DNA of 61,419 bases from an uncultured Clostridia bacterium (GTDB lineage: Bacteria > Bacillota > Clostridia > Christensenellales > UBA1242), in contig CANRHL010000003.1 of NCBI GenBank assembly GCA_947630405.1, forward strand, positions 1 to 61,419. The letters are read 5' to 3'. Of this stretch, positions 11,182 through 20,621 are shown piece after piece. The notes beneath the pieces are model-generated. The model was not told the origin of the DNA. It searched no databases and saw only the letters and a list, made by a program, of their open reading frames with translations. Numbering within the stretch: position 1 is the stretch's first letter; each line of letters opens with the position of its first letter. The translations under genes were made by a program, and so were the position numbers.

Positions 11182-11251
11182 TTAACAAAAAATTTAATCC
11201 CTTCATAATAAATTTTAGTTAGTGTGTGCTAACAATTTATTTGGGGGTTTT

Positions 11252-12247
11252 ATGACTTATCAAGAATTGATTGGGCGAATTGTGTCCTTACAAGATATAG
11301 GGCTTGAACTTTTTAATGCGGGCAAATCTGTTTTAGGCAAAAACATTTTGGCAACTCATGTTGGCGATTATTCCGGCACGCAAATTTTAATTCAGGGTGG
11401 CATCCACGCGCGCGAATATATAAGTTCGCTTCTTATGGTTGAGCAGGCAAAAAATTTGTTTTTAAACAATTCCGTTCACGGCGGCGGCATCTATTTTGTG
11501 TTTTTAACTAATCCAGATGGCGCGGAAATTGTGCTTGACGGCATAAACGCAGTTTCATGCGATATAACACGGCAATATCTTATTCTTGCCAACAACGGCA
11601 GCACCGATTTTTCACAATATAAGGCCAACATAAATTTGGTGGATTTAAACACCAATTTTAACGCCGATTGGGGCGGCGGCAGCCAAAATGTTTTCTGCCC
11701 GGCAACCGAGGATTTTGTTGGCTTTTACCCGGAAAGTGAACGCGAAGTGCAATCACTTATTAATTTCACGCTTAAAACCAAGCCTTTGCTTACAATTTCT
11801 TATCATAGCAAGGGCAATGTTATATATTATGGTTTTGAAAATCAATCTAGCGAAAATGTAGCGCGCGACCAAGCGATTGGCGAAAGTTTAAGCGGGGCTA
11901 CCGGTTATCCGCTCATTTTCACAGAAAATTCAACGGGCGGCTATAAGGATTGGTGCATAAACTCGCTAAAAATTCCCGCCTACACAATTGAAGTTGGCGA
12001 TGCAAATCTTCCCCACCCAATTGGAGAAGAAAATTTGCCTGAAATTTATGAAAGGAACAAAGATGTGCCGCTAATTGCGTTAGAAAAAGCAAAAGAATTT
12101 AGCCAAGCGATTGACTTTTCTAGCCCAATTGTGCAAAATAAAAATAATGAAAACGTTAAATCCCATGCAAAAGGCTACCATGTTAGGATGCAAAGCCTTA
12201 TCGAAAGGCGAAATTCCCGTTGGTGCGGTGATAGTAAAAGAAGGTAA
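11252..12247 (+). CDS. M14 family zinc carboxypeptidase (gamma-D-glutamyl-meso-DAP peptidase-like)
   Basis: IHAREY, NPDG, VDLNTNF, ISYHSKG, GGYKDW, YTIEVG; RBS GGGGG before ATG 11252. Confidence 0.88.
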   Translation: MTYQELIGRIVSLQDIGLELFNAGKSVLGKNILATHVGDYSGTQILIQGGIHAREYISSLLMVEQAKNLFLNNSVHGGGIYFVFLTNPDGAEIVLDGINAVSCDITRQYLILANNGSTDFSQYKANINLVDLNTNFNADWGGGSQNVFCPATEDFVGFYPESEREVQSLINFTLKTKPLLTISYHSKGNVIYYGFENQSSENVARDQAIGESLSGATGYPLIFTENSTGGYKDWCINSLKIPAYTIEVGDANLPHPIGEENLPEIYERNKDVPLIALEKAKEFSQAIDFSSPIVQNKNNENVKSHAKGYHVRMQSLIERRNSRWCGDSKRR

Positions 12248-12602
12248 GATAATTTCTTACGCTTTCAACACGCGTGAAAAAGATAAAATTGCCACGCACC
12301 ACGCCGAAATTAAGGCAATTGAAAAGGCTAATAAAAAATTAAAATCTTGGCGGCTTGAAAACTGCGATATGTATGTAACTTTAGAGCCATGCCCAATGTG
12401 TGCGGGCGCAATTGTAAATGCGCGAATAAAAAATGTTTTTTATGCCGTTAAAGACGAAACAAACGGCGGAATCACGCGCTTTAACATTTTAAACAAAACC
12501 ATGAACCACACTTCAAACGCAACTCAGTTGCTCGAATTTGAAAAAGAAAACAGTGAAATGATAAAAAATTTTTTTAAAATGGCAAGAAAAAAGCACAAAT
12601 AA
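12147..12602 (+). CDS. tadA: tRNA adenosine(34) deaminase
   Basis: EIPVGAVIV, HAE, LEPCPMCAGA; start chosen at ATG 12147. Confidence 0.92.
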   Translation: MKTLNPMQKATMLGCKALSKGEIPVGAVIVKEGKIISYAFNTREKDKIATHHAEIKAIEKANKKLKSWRLENCDMYVTLEPCPMCAGAIVNARIKNVFYAVKDETNGGITRFNILNKTMNHTSNATQLLEFEKENSEMIKNFFKMARKKHK

Positions 12603-12612
12603 GTGCTTTTTT
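12587..12612. terminator. Bidirectional intrinsic terminator between tadA and HU
   Basis: AAAAAAGCAC-aaataa-GTGCTTTTTT. Confidence 0.7.
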
Positions 12613-12883
12613 ATTTAATTATTTGCTTTAAACTATCGCTTGCCCTAAAAGTTGGAGTCTTTCTTGCTTCAACAATCGTGGTTTTTTTGGTTATAAAACT
12701 ATACATCGGCTTCGATTTAATTTCACTAACCTTAAATTTGCCAAAGTTAGATAGCGTAACACTATCCCCACGTTTTAGTGCATCCTTAATTACATCAATA
12801 AAGGCATCAAGGCACAATCTGCACTCTTTTTTTGTTAAGCCAGATTTTGTTTTAACAACATCTACAAATTCGTTTTTATTCAT
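12611..12883 (-). CDS. hup: HU family DNA-binding protein
   Basis: MNKNEFVDVV...LKRGDSVTLSNFGKF...PTFRASDSLK; RBS GGGGA. Confidence 0.9.
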   Translation of the reverse strand: MNKNEFVDVVKTKSGLTKKECRLCLDAFIDVIKDALKRGDSVTLSNFGKFKVSEIKSKPMYSFITKKTTIVEARKTPTFRASDSLKQIIK

Positions 12884-12940
12884 ATTATCCCCCAATAAGA
12901 TATTGACCAAACAAACGAGATTTAAACTTTAAATTGAAAT

Positions 12941-14425
12941 TTATCCTTTTAATTTTAATTCGCTTCTAGTAAAAGTTTTTGTAATGGCAAGTGTTGTTAA
13001 GTAAACACTGCCGCCCACCAAAACGCCAATAATAGTGTTCACAATTCCGCCACCAAACATAAACACAATTATAATAGATAACAGCATCACGGCGCACGAA
13101 AGAATTAATTTTGCAAAAAATTTATAGTTAATTTTGAATTTAAAATGCTTTTTAATTTCAAGATGATTTAATGTAAACGCACTAACATAACACATTGTGT
13201 TGGCAATCGACAAAGCGAAGATGTTAATTTTTGCACTCGGCAAAAACAATATTTCTAAAACAAATTTAATAATAACGGCAATGCTTAAATTTCGTATTGC
13301 CACAAATCGCTCTTCAATTGCCTGCAAACAACTTGAATAAATTTGATTTATTGAAAAGAAAACAATTCCAAGGCTGGAAAAGGCTAAAAGCCGGCTTGCA
13401 ATATTTAGGCCGTCATAGCCATAGCCGTTTAACCGCGCGCCATATAAAACTGAAATTAACCTTTGCGGAAATAAACTAAACAACAACACGCATGGCACAG
13501 TTATAATTAAAATTATGCGAACTGCAAGCGAAATTTTATTTTCCTTATTTTCGCTATAAATTAAATTTGGCAAAATTACACTTGCAATTGCAAAAGAAAA
13601 TATTGACGGCAACCCAACAATGCTGGAAACTGCCCCGCTTTCAAGCCCGTATAAAAATATTGAAATTGGTTTTGAAAAACTAAAACTTAACAAATTTACA
13701 ACCAGCAAACTATCAATGAAATTCGATATTGGCATAATAATGTTTGTTAGGGTTATTGGCAGCACGTCTTTTAAAATGTCTTTTAACAAAACGGGCGAAT
13801 TTGTTTCCACCCTTTCGCGCTTTTTAAAGAATATTAGCAACACAATAACCGATACAATTTCGCTAACCACAATGCTAAGCATTGCCCCCACAATTGACGC
13901 AATTAAACTAACTTTTAATAGGCTGATTGTAAGCACCAAACCCAGCACAAGTTTTGTAAACTGCTCTAGTATGTTCGATAGCGCGCTTGGCGTAAAATAA
14001 TGTTTGCCTTGAAAATATCCCCTAAACACGCTGCACGCACTCACAATGATTATTGTTGGCGCTAAAATTAAATAGCAAACAGTAATTCTTTCATCACCTT
14101 GCAATTTTGCCATGCTGCTCGAAAACAACATCAAAATTAAAGTTAGCGAAAGTGAAATTATGCTTGTGAACAACAAACATTTTTTTATAACGCTTTTATC
14201 CCCGCCCTTCGATTTTGCAACAACCTTTGAAATGGCAAGTGGCAGGCCGCTTGTTGCCAGCACCACGCAAAGCGAATAGAACGGAAAAATAAGTTGGTAA
14301 AGGCCAATCCCCTCACCACCCAAAATGCGCGTTAGTGCAATGCGGTAAACCGAACTAAAAATCTTGGCTAAAATTCCGCCAATCGATAGCACCAATGCCC
14401 CGCTAAAAAGACTGTTGCGTTTCAT
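12941..14425 (-). CDS. SpoVB/YabM-type (MurJ/MOP family) flippase
   Basis: GALVLSIGGILAKIFS..YRI.LTRILGGEGIGLYQ, FRGYFQG, many TM helices. Confidence 0.85.
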   Translation of the reverse strand: MKRNSLFSGALVLSIGGILAKIFSSVYRIALTRILGGEGIGLYQLIFPFYSLCVVLATSGLPLAISKVVAKSKGGDKSVIKKCLLFTSIISLSLTLILMLFSSSMAKLQGDERITVCYLILAPTIIIVSACSVFRGYFQGKHYFTPSALSNILEQFTKLVLGLVLTISLLKVSLIASIVGAMLSIVVSEIVSVIVLLIFFKKRERVETNSPVLLKDILKDVLPITLTNIIMPISNFIDSLLVVNLLSFSFSKPISIFLYGLESGAVSSIVGLPSIFSFAIASVILPNLIYSENKENKISLAVRIILIITVPCVLLFSLFPQRLISVLYGARLNGYGYDGLNIASRLLAFSSLGIVFFSINQIYSSCLQAIEERFVAIRNLSIAVIIKFVLEILFLPSAKINIFALSIANTMCYVSAFTLNHLEIKKHFKFKINYKFFAKLILSCAVMLLSIIIVFMFGGGIVNTIIGVLVGGSVYLTTLAITKTFTRSELKLKG

Positions 14426-14431
14426 AACACT

Positions 14432-14459
14432 ATTTTTTGTTAAATGTTAAAAATTATAA
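14432..14459 (-). promoter_or_regulatory. Putative sigmaE-type promoter of the flippase gene
   Basis: TTATAA-N14-CAAAAAAT, 6 nt before ATG; resembles sigmaE consensus. Confidence 0.4.
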
Positions 14460-14525
14460 ATTAAAAACAAAAAAACTCTCTAAATTGAGAGTTATTCTCT
14501 GTGTTGATTATTTGCTCTCTTTTAA

Positions 14526-14554
14526 TTGTAAAATTTATTTAAATTTGTTATACT
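14526..14554 (+). promoter_or_regulatory. sigmaA promoter of dusB (leaderless)
   Basis: TTGTAA-N17-TATACT with extended -10 TG, 6 nt before ATG, no SD. Confidence 0.65.
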
Positions 14555-14560
14555 TTTTTT

Positions 14561-15466
14561 ATGAAAAAACAAAAATTTATTTACGCCCTTGCCCCAATGG
14601 CGGGAGTAACCGACTTTGCTTTTAGAAAAATTTGTGCCGACTTTGGTGCCGATATGGTGGTTACCGAAATGATTAGCGCAAAGGCAATGGAAAATAATAG
14701 TGAACGAACTTTAAAACTTTTTCGTGAAGAAAGCAACGCAATTCGCGTCTGCCAACTTTTTGGGCATGAAATTTCTTCGCTTGAAAAGGTTTTAAAAAAT
14801 AAAATATTTAATAATTTTGATTATATTGATTTTAATTGCGGCTGCCCTGCCCCTAAAATTGTTAAAAATGGCGATGGCAGTGCAATGATGCGCGACATTG
14901 AAAAAGCGCGTGAAGTTATTTCTGCTTTGGTTAAGGCTAGCCCTAAGCCCGTTTCGGTTAAATTTAGGCTTGGAATTGGTGGAAATGAAAACTATGTTGA
15001 ATTTGGCAAAATGTGTGAAGAATGCGGCGTTAGTTTTTTAACCTTGCATGCGCGGACGCGTGAGCAAGGCTATTCGGGCGAAGTGGATAAGACCGCATAT
15101 AAAAATTTAATTAATGCAGTAAAAATCCCCGTGTTTTGGAGCGGAGATATTAAAACAAAAGAAGATGTGGATTACGCAAAATCAATTGGCTGCGCTGGTG
15201 TTATGATTGGCAGAAACGCGCTTGGCAATCCCGAGATATTTTCCACTTTAAAAGGTAAACCTGCACCATATTCAAAAAAACAAGCCATAATTAATCACTT
15301 AAATATGCTAAAAACATATTTTAAAACAGAACGCACGCTTGTTGCCTATTTTAAAAAGCATCTTATGTGGTATGTGCGCTCGTCAAAAAACGCAACCTTA
15401 ACAAAACTTAAAATTTTAGAATTTACAACCCTAAAACAAATTGAAAATTTAATTGACAATTTATAA
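14561..15466 (+). CDS. dusB: tRNA-dihydrouridine synthase B family
   Basis: LAPMAGVTD, DFNCGCP, SVKFRLG, LHARTR, GVMIGR. Confidence 0.92.
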   Translation: MKKQKFIYALAPMAGVTDFAFRKICADFGADMVVTEMISAKAMENNSERTLKLFREESNAIRVCQLFGHEISSLEKVLKNKIFNNFDYIDFNCGCPAPKIVKNGDGSAMMRDIEKAREVISALVKASPKPVSVKFRLGIGGNENYVEFGKMCEECGVSFLTLHARTREQGYSGEVDKTAYKNLINAVKIPVFWSGDIKTKEDVDYAKSIGCAGVMIGRNALGNPEIFSTLKGKPAPYSKKQAIINHLNMLKTYFKTERTLVAYFKKHLMWYVRSSKNATLTKLKILEFTTLKQIENLIDNL

Positions 15467-15499
15467 AAAGAGAGCCTTACACTCTCTTTTTGCTTACCT

Positions 15500-16423
15500 T
15501 TATAAATTTATCTTTTTAATAATGTCTTTTATTGTTTTAACTGAATAATTAAATTCTTTTTTTTCTTCCTCTGAAAGCGGAAATTTAAAAATTTCTCTAA
15601 CGCCTTCACGCGAAATAATTGCCGGTTGGCCAATGCTTACGCCCAACTTTTCATCATAAGTTGAAATTGGAAAAATTGAATTGCTATCTTCAAAAATTGC
15701 ATCGGTAATATTTTTTAGGCACATGCCAATGCCGTAAGCCGTGTTGCCCTTTTTCTCAATAATTTCATATGCGCTATTTCTAACGTCTTTTAAAATTTTC
15801 TGCTTTTTTGACTTGGTTAAATATTTGTTAATAGGCGTTAGGCCAATTGTTGCATGCTCCCAAGGTATCATTTCGCTATCGCCATGCTCACCAATAACAT
15901 ATGCGTGCACATTTTTGTAATTAACATGCACCTCCTCGCCAACCAAATGCCTTAACCGTGCCGTATCAAGTGTGGTGCCGCTGCCAATAACGCGCTCTTT
16001 TGGAAAGCCAGAAAGTTTCATGGCAACATAGGTCATAATATCTAGCGGATTGGTGGCAATTAAATAAATGCCCTTAAATTTAGTTTTGTTAAGTTCGCTA
16101 AAAATGGATTTAAAAATGGCGATGCTGCTATCAATATAATCCATCCTGCTTTTGATGTTTGCTGGGCTTATGCCCGCGCAAATACAAACGACATCCGCAT
16201 CGTTACACTCGCTATAGCCGCCACTTCTAACAACAATTTTGCGCTTAGAACAACTCGCGGCATGCATAAGGTCAAGGGCTTCGCCTTCCGCCTTTTTTGT
16301 ATTTCTATCCACAAGCACCAATTCGTGCACATTGCTTGCGCCGCTTACAATTGAAAATGCGTAACTCATGCCCACATTTCCGCATCCAACAAGCACAACT
16401 TTATTCATTTCAAAATTTTTCAT
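15500..16423 (-). CDS. ldh: L-lactate dehydrogenase
   Basis: VGCGNVG, ATNPLD, GSGTTLDTARLR, GEHGDS, AYEIIEKKG.T.YGIG. Confidence 0.9.
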   Translation of the reverse strand: MKNFEMNKVVLVGCGNVGMSYAFSIVSGASNVHELVLVDRNTKKAEGEALDLMHAASCSKRKIVVRSGGYSECNDADVVCICAGISPANIKSRMDYIDSSIAIFKSIFSELNKTKFKGIYLIATNPLDIMTYVAMKLSGFPKERVIGSGTTLDTARLRHLVGEEVHVNYKNVHAYVIGEHGDSEMIPWEHATIGLTPINKYLTKSKKQKILKDVRNSAYEIIEKKGNTAYGIGMCLKNITDAIFEDSNSIFPISTYDEKLGVSIGQPAIISREGVREIFKFPLSEEEKKEFNYSVKTIKDIIKKINL

Positions 16424-16515
16424 ATAATTATTATATATCAAATAAAAATAAAATAAAAACAATTTTTAAGTTGACAAGTTAAAATTTTTTATTATAATAA
16501 TCCTAGAAGGTGAAA

Positions 16516-16953
16516 ATGAAACTAAAAAATTTATTTAGAAAAAAAATTGAGCCAAATTATTTCCTTTACACCAGCACCTATTCAAAAGATTTTAGAGATT
16601 TCGGCTTATACTATAGTGAAGAGTATCGAAAATCCGCGCACGCAACAATAAACAAACTTTATAATAGTTATAAACTGAATAATAACAAAACTTATTTAGA
16701 AGCCGAATTTGATAACTTTACCGTGCATTGCTTTTTGTTAAAAGATAAACGAAAAGATGCTGTTGGTCGAGTAATATATTCTTTTTTTGGTGTAATTGTA
16801 GATAAAAAAGATAGCTCTTTTGATATTGAAGAGTTAAAAAGAAAAATTAGTGAAACAAAACTAAGCTTAACAAATAATGTGTTCGATTTTGCTAAAACTT
16901 TTCCAATTATTTGGCGTAACGACCTAAACGAAGTGTGCTTCCATGAAGTTTAA
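16516..16953 (+). CDS. Hypothetical protein
   Basis: ORF with TTGACA/TATAAT promoter, RBS AAGGTG and downstream terminator. Confidence 0.7.
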   Translation: MKLKNLFRKKIEPNYFLYTSTYSKDFRDFGLYYSEEYRKSAHATINKLYNSYKLNNNKTYLEAEFDNFTVHCFLLKDKRKDAVGRVIYSFFGVIVDKKDSSFDIEELKRKISETKLSLTNNVFDFAKTFPIIWRNDLNEVCFHEV

Positions 16954-16964
16954 AATTATGCACT

Positions 16965-16994
16965 AAAAAAACACCGTTTTGTGCGGTGTTTTTT
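16965..16994. terminator. Bidirectional terminator
   Basis: AAAAAAACACCG-loop-CGGTGTTTTTT between convergent genes. Confidence 0.75.
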
Positions 16995-19320
16995 AGTTGT
17001 TCCAATTCCAATTTAAAATTTCTGGCATGTCAATTCCGTGTTCACAAATATATTCACCATGCTGCTTTAGTTTTTTGTTCATTTCACGTTCAATTTTCTT
17101 TTTTGTTTCGCTATCAATGTTGATGTTTTTCAACACTTTTAGCATTAAGTGATAGCGGTCAATTCCATTTCTAACGCGCATGTCAAATGGCGTGGTTATT
17201 GTGCCTTCTTCAATATAGCCCGAAACATGCAAATTTTGATTGTGCCTTTTGTAAGTTAGTTGATGCACAAGTTGCGGATAACCATGGAAATTGAAAATTA
17301 TTGGTGTATCTTTTGTGAACAATTTATCATATTCTTCGTCCGTTAGCCCGTGTGGGTGCGCCGAACTTGGCACAAGTTTCATAAGGTCAACAACATTAAT
17401 AAATTTAACATTTAATTTTGGAAGATATTGTTTAATTAATGTTACAAGCGCAAGGGCTTCAAGCGTTGGCGTATCCCCACAACAAGCAATCACCACATCT
17501 GGGTTTTTTGTGTTGTTAACGCCAGCCCACTTCCACTCGCTTACGCCTAATGCACAATGTTTTTTGGCTTCGTCCATATTCAGCCATTGAAAAGATGGGT
17601 GTTTTGAAGCCACAATTATGTTCACATAATTTTTGCTGCGTTGTGCGTGGTCGTAACACGAAAGCAAGCAGTTTGCATCAGCCGGCAAATAGATGCGCAC
17701 CACATCTGCCTTTTTGTTCACGATATGGTCAAGCATGCCGGGGTCTTGATGCGTAAATCCGTTGTGGTCTTGCTGCCAAACATTGCTGGTTAAAATTAGG
17801 TTGAGCGAACTAATTGGCGCACGCCAACTAATTTCGTTGCAAGTTTTAAGCCATTTTGCGTGTTGCGAAATCATACTATCCACCACACGAATAAATGCTT
17901 CGTAACTGTTGAACATGCCATGTCTGCCGGTTAGTAGATACCCTTCTAGCCAGCCTTCGCACATATGCTCGCTTAAAAAACTATCCATAATTCGCCCATC
18001 ACATGAAAGCGCATCATCCGTTGGCAAAATTTTACTATTGAAATTTCTATTTTCAACTTCAAAAGCGTGATAAAGCCGGTTGCTCATTGCCTCGTCCGGG
18101 CTAAAAATGCGGTAATTTTTATTAAGTTTAAAAATATCTCTAACAAACGTGCTCAATTCAAGCATATCTTGTGCGCACACTGTGCCGTGGCCGGAAAATT
18201 TAACGGCATAGTCCTCAAAATTCGGCATGTTTAGTTCTTTTAAAAGCAATCCGCCATTTGCATATGGGCTTGCAGTTATTCGTTTTTTGCCGGTTGGAAT
18301 AACCGCTCTAATTTCGCTTTTAAGCCTATAATTTTTATCGAATAATTCGTCTGGTTTATAACTATTTAGCCAACTTTTTAGTTGTTTTAAATCGGCTTCC
18401 TTTTCAACAGTTAGCGGAATTTGATGCGCACGGAAACTGCCCTCAATCTGCTTGCCGTTAACAACTTTTGGCCCGGTCCAGCCCTTAGGTGTGCGCAACA
18501 CAATCATCGGGAAATTGGCTTGTTTGCCGTTTTGTATTGCCCTTATTTTTTCAATGCACTCGTCCATGGTTTTTGCCATAAGTTTGTGCATTGTTTGTGG
18601 GTTGCTACCCTCAACAAAATGCGACTCGTAGCCATAGCCTTCCATAAGTTTTTTTAGTTCGGTTTTGCTAATGCGCGAAAGCACGGTTGGATTGTTAATT
18701 TTATAACCATTTAAATGTAAAATTGGCAGCACTGCGCCATCGCGTTTTGGGTTAATAAATTTGTTGCTATGCCAACTTGTTGCAAGCGGGCCCGTTTCCG
18801 CCTCGCCATCGCCAACAATGGCAACGGCAATAAGGTTGGGATTATCAAAAACCGCACCATATGCGTGCGCAAGCACATAGCCAAGTTCGCCACCTTCGTG
18901 AATTGAGCCTGGAGTTTCTGGCACGGCGTGTGAGCCTATGCCACCAGGGAACGAAAATTGTTTGCATAGCCTAGTCATGCCGTCATGGTCAAGCGAAATT
19001 TGTGGATACACTTCACTATAAACCCCTTCCAAATAACTGTTTGCAGTTAAAAAATTTCCGCCATGGCCGGGGCCAGACAACAAAATCATATCTAAATTAT
19101 ATTTTTTAATTACGCGGTTGCAGTGAGCATAAATAAAATTCTGCCCAGGCACTGTGCCCCAATGCCCAACCAACTTTTTCTTAATGTCCGCTAGACACAA
19201 CTCGTGGTCACGCATAAGCGGATTATCTAATAAATACAACTGCGCAGCAGATAAATAGTTTGCAGCCCGCCAATATTTGTTTAAATTATCTAAAAATTCT
19301 TCACTAGAATATTTGTCCAT
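16993..19320 (-). CDS. xfp: Xylulose-5-P/fructose-6-P phosphoketolase
   Basis: YWRAANYL, GHWGT, PGSIHEGGELGY, GDGEAETGPL, WQQDHNGFTHQDPG. Confidence 0.97.
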   Translation of the reverse strand: MDKYSSEEFLDNLNKYWRAANYLSAAQLYLLDNPLMRDHELCLADIKKKLVGHWGTVPGQNFIYAHCNRVIKKYNLDMILLSGPGHGGNFLTANSYLEGVYSEVYPQISLDHDGMTRLCKQFSFPGGIGSHAVPETPGSIHEGGELGYVLAHAYGAVFDNPNLIAVAIVGDGEAETGPLATSWHSNKFINPKRDGAVLPILHLNGYKINNPTVLSRISKTELKKLMEGYGYESHFVEGSNPQTMHKLMAKTMDECIEKIRAIQNGKQANFPMIVLRTPKGWTGPKVVNGKQIEGSFRAHQIPLTVEKEADLKQLKSWLNSYKPDELFDKNYRLKSEIRAVIPTGKKRITASPYANGGLLLKELNMPNFEDYAVKFSGHGTVCAQDMLELSTFVRDIFKLNKNYRIFSPDEAMSNRLYHAFEVENRNFNSKILPTDDALSCDGRIMDSFLSEHMCEGWLEGYLLTGRHGMFNSYEAFIRVVDSMISQHAKWLKTCNEISWRAPISSLNLILTSNVWQQDHNGFTHQDPGMLDHIVNKKADVVRIYLPADANCLLSCYDHAQRSKNYVNIIVASKHPSFQWLNMDEAKKHCALGVSEWKWAGVNNTKNPDVVIACCGDTPTLEALALVTLIKQYLPKLNVKFINVVDLMKLVPSSAHPHGLTDEEYDKLFTKDTPIIFNFHGYPQLVHQLTYKRHNQNLHVSGYIEEGTITTPFDMRVRNGIDRYHLMLKVLKNINIDSETKKKIEREMNKKLKQHGEYICEHGIDMPEILNWNWNN

Positions 19321-19395
19321 AATCTCCCCTTAAAGATTATTATACAATAATTTTAATAAAAAACAATTAAAAAAATCGCATGTGCGATTTTTATT

Positions 19396-19932
19396 TTAAG
19401 AAATTTGGTCGCTTAAGTATTTAGCAAACGCTTTGCAAATTTTAACAGAACTATCATCAAAACATTTATTTTCTGTTGCCAAAATTATAATTGAGCCTAT
19501 GGCATCGCCATCTTTTACAATTGGCACAATAAGTTGGCACGAATATTCGTTTGGCGTATTTGGGAAAAATTCAAGCATTTCGCTGCCGTCATCTTGCTTT
19601 TTTATAACAATTTCTCGCGCATAAATTAGTTCTTGCACTTCTTCGGTTAAGTCTTTATTTACATATTTCTTTTTGCTGCTTGAAAGCACTTTTTCCATAT
19701 CTGAAATTAACACATCGTGCTCAATGCTAACCGAGATTGCAGATGCAACTGCATCGCTATATTCTTTAAGACTAACCATGTCGCTATATTTCGTTAGCAA
19801 AAATTTGTTGCCGTCAACAATGCCTATTTCAAGTTTTGTGCCTTCACGCACATTTAAACTTTTTCTCATTTCGCGCGGCAAAACAATTCGCCCCAACTCG
19901 TCCACTCTTCTAACAATCCCTTTGCACTCCAT
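19396..19932 (-). CDS. spoVT: Stage V sporulation protein T (AbrB N-domain plus GAF-like C-domain)
   Basis: GIVRRVDELGRIVLPREMR; C-terminal IVPIVKDGDAIGSIII. Confidence 0.9.
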   Translation of the reverse strand: MECKGIVRRVDELGRIVLPREMRKSLNVREGTKLEIGIVDGNKFLLTKYSDMVSLKEYSDAVASAISVSIEHDVLISDMEKVLSSSKKKYVNKDLTEEVQELIYAREIVIKKQDDGSEMLEFFPNTPNEYSCQLIVPIVKDGDAIGSIIILATENKCFDDSSVKICKAFAKYLSDQIS

Positions 19933-19948
19933 AAAAACTCCTTAAACC

Positions 19949-19977
19949 TATTTTGTTTAAGTTAAAAATATTTATTC
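19949..19977 (-). promoter_or_regulatory. Putative sigmaG promoter of spoVT
   Basis: GAATA-N17-CAAAATA; spoVT is sigmaG-dependent in model spore formers. Confidence 0.5.
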
Positions 19978-20034
19978 TTTTTGCAAATAAAAAACACGCA
20001 ATTTGCAAATAAAAAAACACCTTGCGGTGTTTAA

Positions 20035-20409
20035 TTATAATCCTAAGTTTGCGTTAAAACTGTTCATCTCTTCTTTAACAAAACTCTCCATTTCATCTAA
20101 AATAGCATAAGTTTCTTCAGAAAAGAATGGTGAAGCATTGTTGGCAAAAGCAATTGCTTCATATAAAGTTGAAAGTTGTGTTGAATAAATAATATCGCGT
20201 CCGTTTGCGTGTCTGTTATAAAAAAGCACCGTGTCAATATCTTTTGCAATTTTATCAGCCAAAGCCAAAAACTTATCGAACGCATCTTTAACCGGCGAAT
20301 AACAATTTGGCTGGGTTTGGTCATTTGAATACACCAAAACATTGTGATACTGCTTTTTAATTCCTTTTATAATGTGCACTAAATTATTAAATCTTTCTTC
20401 TGATGACAT
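20035..20409 (-). CDS. Hypothetical protein
   Basis: RBS AAGGAG, TTGACA/TAGAAT promoter, own terminator. Confidence 0.75.
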   Translation of the reverse strand: MSSEERFNNLVHIIKGIKKQYHNVLVYSNDQTQPNCYSPVKDAFDKFLALADKIAKDIDTVLFYNRHANGRDIIYSTQLSTLYEAIAFANNASPFFSEETYAILDEMESFVKEEMNSFNANLGL

Positions 20410-20621
20410 ATAATTTCTCCTTTTAACGCATTTATTCTAACACACAAATTGCAGCTTGTCAATAGGCTTTTTAAAATAACTTTAAAATTTATAGTAGCAA
20501 AAAACTCGCAAAATTTACGAGTTTTTGATGAAAATAATTAATTTTTTATTGATTTTTTGCTAATTTTTATAGATTTTTAAAATTTTTACTATTAAATTTT
20601 AAAAACGATAACCGCAAAAAT

